Source of the DNA: a bacterium | GTDB lineage: Bacteria; UBA10199; 2-02-FULL-50-16; JAJFLM01 | NCBI GenBank assembly: GCA_965216315.1 | Contig: CBDCFN010000016.1 | Location: 1,736,378 to 1,800,377 of the forward strand | Length of the DNA: 64,000 bases | Reading direction: 5' to 3' | Shown: one piece after another, positions 60,034-64,000 of the stretch | Position numbering within the stretch: position 1 is the first letter of the stretch | How the letters are laid out: every line of letters starts with the position of its first letter | Translations under genes and position numbers: made by a program | Notes under the pieces: generated by a model | Told to the model about the DNA's origin: nothing | Seen by the model: the letters and a program-made list of their open reading frames with translations, nothing else | The model's database searches: none

Positions 60034-60963
60034 TTATTGTGATGGCGGCTCGGAATGAGGCGAAGGATTGTCGTAGAAATTCCCTTGATAAATGAGCATG
60101 CGGGGCAAGGGGTAGTCCTTGTGTGGAATTAATTTAGTGACCCGTTCATGTAACTCCATGACACCATACTCATTGAGGGCTTCAAAAATCCGCACAACAC
60201 TCTCAATCGCAAAATTCGTCCCGGGCAACACAAAGAGACGTCTCGAATGAAGGATCTCAAAACTTTCTTTCAAAGACCGAACCAGTTGCGGCACCGGGGT
60301 CTCAGCCGTCACATGGGCAACATAATGTTTTTTGAGTAAGTCATCGACTATGATAAGTGCAGACGCTGAACCTAAACTCTCAACCGCTAACGCTTCACCA
60401 AAACCGGCGAGTATCATCTCGCCGGCAGTAACGAATTGATGGGGCGTATTCGACCGTGGCGCGGTAATTTGAAGCGTCATCGGCCATGCCTCAGAAATCA
60501 AGTTAGTCGCGAGTTTACGTAAGTGCCGAGTGGTCATGCGCTGCGCCGTCGGCTCGCGCGCGGGCAACTCAGGAATGCGCTCTAAAGGTTCCATTACCTT
60601 GCCTATCCAGGAAGGGTGTCGCCGCCGCGGTGGCAACTTGTTCTCACCTTCTTCCGGAGACGGCACTTGGCCGGTGATCTGCTGAATCAACGTATCAAGC
60701 CGCCGCACGCCAACATTCAAACCCTGAGGCTTGGCAATCAATTTGCGAATATCCTGCGTCGTCGGCCATACGGGAATCTTGTCGGGTTCGAGGCTGTCAA
60801 TAACTTGCAAGGCCTCGTCCATCGTGCCCCGTAGCTCAGTTTCTCTATCCGTCGCTTGAGACTGCTCTTGGATTTGTGTCCAGAGAGCCGTTAAATGTAT
60901 GATGGACGCCGGCCCGGCCGCGCATAGCGACATGGACCCCAGCCCCAACCCATGAAATAGCAT
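60034..60963 (-). CDS. Hypothetical protein (309 aa), no recognisable family
   Basis: Long ORF convergent with the preceding gene (7 nt apart). Mixed alpha/beta composition, no TM segment or signal peptide. Confidence 0.5.
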   Translation of the reverse strand: MLFHGLGLGSMSLCAAGPASIIHLTALWTQIQEQSQATDRETELRGTMDEALQVIDSLEPDKIPVWPTTQDIRKLIAKPQGLNVGVRRLDTLIQQITGQVPSPEEGENKLPPRRRHPSWIGKVMEPLERIPELPAREPTAQRMTTRHLRKLATNLISEAWPMTLQITAPRSNTPHQFVTAGEMILAGFGEALAVESLGSASALIIVDDLLKKHYVAHVTAETPVPQLVRSLKESFEILHSRRLFVLPGTNFAIESVVRIFEALNEYGVMELHERVTKLIPHKDYPLPRMLIYQGNFYDNPSPHSEPPSQ

Positions 60964-61033
60964 AATTCCCCTATCGACGCAGGTTCCAATAAGTTGCGTT
61001 GTGAATTTCCGTTTATTTTGCTACTAGATACGC

Positions 61034-61504
61034 ATGGACGACGCTTCAGAACGGGCCCGGATACAGCTTCATGAGATCTTTCGGGATGCCGACGGCAACG
61101 GCATCCCGGACATACTCGAGGGCAAATTGCGCGGAGAAGACCTCCGCAATCTCGTCAGCTCCCAGTCTAATACCGTCAAGGTATTCGTCGGCGGCAAAGA
61201 GTATTCGAACCTCAATGAGCTGCCCAGCGATAAGAGACAGCAGATCGAACACAGCCTGGATCAATTGGCGCGCATATCGACCCAAGCCGGCAACGTTCTG
61301 AAGGGATTCGGCCTCTTCAAACTCATCAAGTGGTTTACCAAAAAGAAAGGGGCCGACTCGCAAAGGCTTTATACGACCGCATCTACCCCGCAAAACCCAC
61401 CATCTTACCAGGTCGACGAACGCTCTTTTTTTGCTAAAAGCCTTCCTTTTTTGCTCGGAGCAGTCATTGTTGGGGCCTTGGCCTACTATCTCTTCGGGAA
61501 ATAG
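61034..61504 (+). CDS. Tail-anchored membrane protein with an N-terminal EF-hand-like loop
   Basis: DADGNGIPDILE fits the EF-hand loop (D1, D3, N5, G6, E12). C-terminal TM LPFLLGAVIVGALAYYLF. Confidence 0.5.
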   Translation: MDDASERARIQLHEIFRDADGNGIPDILEGKLRGEDLRNLVSSQSNTVKVFVGGKEYSNLNELPSDKRQQIEHSLDQLARISTQAGNVLKGFGLFKLIKWFTKKKGADSQRLYTTASTPQNPPSYQVDERSFFAKSLPFLLGAVIVGALAYYLFGK

Positions 61505-61694
61505 GCTTAAACCGCTAATCGAGCCCCCTAAAAAAATTCTTTCAAAATTTGGCTCTCTTCGCTAGTCTCCGCCAGGATTGTCGCCCGGTCGGCGGGTCCT
61601 GTCGCCTTCGCAATCCTTTGGCTGCGTCTACAGTGACGTTCCAAAGGATCGCTCGCGCCACCCGCCGCACGTTGTTAATTTATGAGGAGGGATC

Positions 61695-62339
61695 ATGAAG
61701 TTTATATTAATTGCGCTGACATTGGCTCTTGCGGGACCTGGTCTGATGGCCTGCAGCAAGTATAAGATGGTCAATGTGGAAGAGGATGAAAAGGCCAAGG
61801 CCGAGGAAGCTGAGAAGATGGCCATGGAATTAAAAGAGAAGATGGCAAAAGAAGCCGCCGAAAAGGAAGCCGCTGAAAAAGAGAAAGAGCGTGAAGAGCA
61901 GCTCAAAGAGCAAGAAGAGAAGATTAAAGAACTCGAAGAAAAACTCACTGAGCTTGACGAAAAGAAAGATGACAAGACCAAGGTTGTTGTCGTCCGCGAC
62001 AAGTCACCGAGTTCGAGTGGATCTTCAGATAAGCCTGCCGGCAAGCCCAAGGGTTGGGTCCGGCTCTATGACGACAAGGGCTTTACCGACCGCCAGCTGA
62101 CTATCGGCTTTGGCCGCAACATCGGCAATTTCCACAACATTAGTTCCGATGATGGTAAGTCTGGCTTTAATGATAAGGCGTCGGCCGTAAAATTCAACGT
62201 GCCGCCGGGATGGAAGGCTGTCCTCTATGAAAACAGCAACTATTCCAAACGCGCCTATCCTTTAAAGGGTCGCGGTGCCATTGCGGACCTGGGATACTTT
62301 GGCGACAAGGCCTCATCGATTCGCTGGGAAAGAAATTAA
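61695..62339 (+). CDS. Lipoprotein with a KE-rich coiled coil and a C-terminal beta-gamma-crystallin domain
   Basis: Lipobox LMACS. (K/E)-rich heptad region. Two Greek-key motifs: LYDDKGFTDRQLTIG ... NDKASAVKF and LYENSNYSKRAYPL ... GDKASSIRWE (compare Y-x-x-x-x-[FY]-x-G ... ND-x-x-SS-[IV]-R). Confidence 0.7.
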   Translation: MKFILIALTLALAGPGLMACSKYKMVNVEEDEKAKAEEAEKMAMELKEKMAKEAAEKEAAEKEKEREEQLKEQEEKIKELEEKLTELDEKKDDKTKVVVVRDKSPSSSGSSDKPAGKPKGWVRLYDDKGFTDRQLTIGFGRNIGNFHNISSDDGKSGFNDKASAVKFNVPPGWKAVLYENSNYSKRAYPLKGRGAIADLGYFGDKASSIRWERN

Positions 62340-62367
62340 AAAAATTAGGATAATTAAAATTAAAAAA

Positions 62368-62396
62368 CCCGTCAGCGAAAGCTGGCGGGTTTTTTT
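62368..62396 (+). terminator. Intrinsic terminator after the crystallin-domain lipoprotein gene
   Basis: CCCGUCAGC-GAAA-GCUGGCGGG, a 9-bp stem with one G-U pair and a GNRA loop, followed by UUUUUUU. Confidence 0.8.
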
Positions 62397-62797
62397 GTGA
62401 AGCGGAGTTGTTATTCGGATAAAAAGCTTAGCTGTGCCGTCCTCCACGTAGGTCGCTCAAGAAACCCGTGGCTTCTTCCTGGGTAAAATTCGTTGCAATC
62501 CGCTCATCCGTCGTTGGCGGGCTGGGGGTATGAGGATCTTGACCCTTCACAACGTGCTGCCCGTTCCGGGGCCGCCCAACAGGAACACTCGGGACGTTCT
62601 CTTGAAGCTTCGGATTATTGCTATTAATTGAGAGTCTAAATACCATAATTTCGTCCGTGCAGTAGTTATCGTCTCGGGTGGGGTATCGAGTTGCCAGGGA
62701 GTCAAAAAAAGCGACAGATCACTAGTTGAAATCGCTACCCATTTACCCTACAAAACCCAAATTAACACACTTTGAGGGGCCAACCAAGCCGCGAACT

Positions 62798-63445
62798 ATG
62801 CGAAAATTATCCAAACCCTGTTTTATCACCCTTGAAGGCGTCGAGGGCGCCGGAAAAAGCAGTCAAGTTGCTAATATTATTAAATATTTTGAGGACTCTG
62901 GCGATTCGATTCTCGCCACGCGAGAACCGGGTGGAACCTTGATTGCCGACGAGATCCGCCGGCTGCTCGTCGAATCCCACGATGAGCCCTTGGCTCCTCT
63001 CGCCGAGCTGCTCCTTTATAATGCCTCGCGCGTCCAGCACCTCCAACAGTGTATTCGACCTGCGCTCGCCGCCGGGTCTTCTGTGCTCTGCGATCGCTAC
63101 ACGGACGCGACGGTCGCTTATCAGTCCTATGGACGCCATCTATCCCTGGGAACGGTGACTCAGCTCAACGAATTGGCAACGGACGGTTTAACACCCGACT
63201 TGACCCTGCTCTTTGATTGCCCCCCGGAACTGGGGCTCGCAAGGTCCAAGTCCCGGCTTGCCGCTGAGGCCAGCCGCGAAGACCGCTTTGAAACCGAGGC
63301 TCTCGCCTTTCATGAGCGCGTCCGCGCGGGTTATCTGGAGATAGCCGCGCGACAGAAAGATAGAATGTTCATCATAGATGCAAGCCAAGATGCAACTGAA
63401 GTATGGGAACAGATTCAAAAAGTATTCACGGATAGAATTGAATAA
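62798..63445 (+). CDS. tmk: Thymidylate kinase
   Basis: P-loop FITLEGVEGAGKSSQ, DRY motif (CDRYTDAT), lid region. ATG 62798 preferred over the track TTG at 62726. Confidence 0.9.
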   Translation: MRKLSKPCFITLEGVEGAGKSSQVANIIKYFEDSGDSILATREPGGTLIADEIRRLLVESHDEPLAPLAELLLYNASRVQHLQQCIRPALAAGSSVLCDRYTDATVAYQSYGRHLSLGTVTQLNELATDGLTPDLTLLFDCPPELGLARSKSRLAAEASREDRFETEALAFHERVRAGYLEIAARQKDRMFIIDASQDATEVWEQIQKVFTDRIE

Positions 63446-63457
63446 TTCAGATGAAAT

Positions 63458-64000
63458 ATGAACGCACTCGATCAAATTCTCGGCCAAGAATCGGTCATTA
63501 AGGAACTGAAACACCGCCTGAACCATCAAACCTTGCGCGGGAGTTTTCTTTTTACGGGCCCTGACGGCGTTGGCAAAAAAACCACTGCCCTTGCCGTCGT
63601 GGAGTCATTATTTGGTAAAGAGCATGTCGACACTCACCCGGACCTTTTAATCCTGGAGCCCGATGAAAAGGACACCATCAAAATCGATGCGGCACGTGCG
63701 CTAATCCGGCGCATGAGCTTAAAACCAACACAAGCACCCTTCAATATCGCCATTATCGATCGCTGTGACTGCATGACAACAGAAGCCAGCAATGCCCTCC
63801 TTAAAACGATTGAAGAACCAAATGGATCGATATTCATGATAACAAGTCGCCCCGGTTCCCTCCTGCCAACCATACGTTCACGCTGCCAAGATATTCGATT
63901 TCGACCCCTTCCAAGCGATCTTATTGTCGATTTATTACACCGGTTAGAAAAATGGCCCCAGGCTGAATGCGAAGCGGCCGCCGCATTAGCCGATGGGTCA
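63458..64000 (+). CDS. holB: DNA polymerase III delta-prime subunit (partial; runs off the window)
   Basis: MNALDQILGQESVIKELKHRLNHQTLRGSFLFTGPDGVGKKT... AAA+ Walker A; ...TSRPGSLLPTIRSRCQ sensor motif. Canonical tmk-holB synteny. Not in the ORF track because there is no stop. Confidence 0.85.
   Translation, partial: MNALDQILGQESVIKELKHRLNHQTLRGSFLFTGPDGVGKKTTALAVVESLFGKEHVDTHPDLLILEPDEKDTIKIDAARALIRRMSLKPTQAPFNIAIIDRCDCMTTEASNALLKTIEEPNGSIFMITSRPGSLLPTIRSRCQDIRFRPLPSDLIVDLLHRLEKWPQAECEAAAALADGS

Noticed and set aside
62428-62646. 72-aa minus-strand ORF between the crystallin lipoprotein terminator and tmk
   Set aside because: No RBS and no motifs. It lies in the tmk promoter region and is probably non-coding.

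Overview
The window holds about 50 genes from a Gram-negative chromosome of moderate GC. It has porins, lipobox lipoproteins and a beta-barrel-like protein with a C-terminal Phe. The deltaproteobacterial flavour is a guess only.

Housekeeping content:
- an overlapping glmU-glmS-uvrD operon
- gltB-gltD glutamate synthase
- an M20 peptidase, a small zinc-ribbon protein and mgtE, all translationally coupled
- mutY, cstA, a macro-domain protein
- cysteine desulfurase, Nif3, a GT2 glycosyltransferase
- RluB/RsuA-type pseudouridine synthase, CbiX, a porin, RidA
- pepA
- class II B12-dependent ribonucleotide reductase nrdJ, preceded by a two-box NrdR operator
- tmk and the start of holB

Three stretches look accessory or poorly characterised.

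(1) 0.24-15.1 kb carries a 13.8 kb minus-strand operon. It encodes two giant secreted proteins of about 1430 aa each. One is Cys-rich and the other has thrombospondin-type-3-like Ca-binding repeats and an acidic tail. They are followed by two lipoproteins, a Gly-rich protein ending in Phe with no signal peptide, and a soluble GAF sensor histidine kinase. The operon is read divergently from an atypical type IV pilin-like gene, whose leader has K instead of G at the -1 cleavage position, plus an orphan CheY-like receiver. This is my best candidate for an undescribed surface, adhesion or pilus-associated system with its own two-component control.

(2) 43.8-46.2 kb has two translationally coupled paralogous patatin-like phospholipases with a degenerate oxyanion motif. 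Two alpha/beta hydrolases flank them.

(3) 56.9-62.4 kb, between nrdJ and tmk-holB, reads like an inserted island:
- a Gp49/HigB-like toxin with an XRE antitoxin, plus a nested palindromic operator
- two tandem paralogous FG-GAP-like proteins of no known family
- a truncated third copy lying in frame just after the stop codon of the first paralogue
- small membrane proteins, one with an EF-hand-like loop
- a 309-aa protein I cannot assign to any family
- a KE-rich lipoprotein with a clear beta-gamma-crystallin double Greek-key domain

No rRNA, tRNA, CRISPR array, transposase or integrase was recognised. All family assignments come from motif reading of the translated ORFs. No database search was run.
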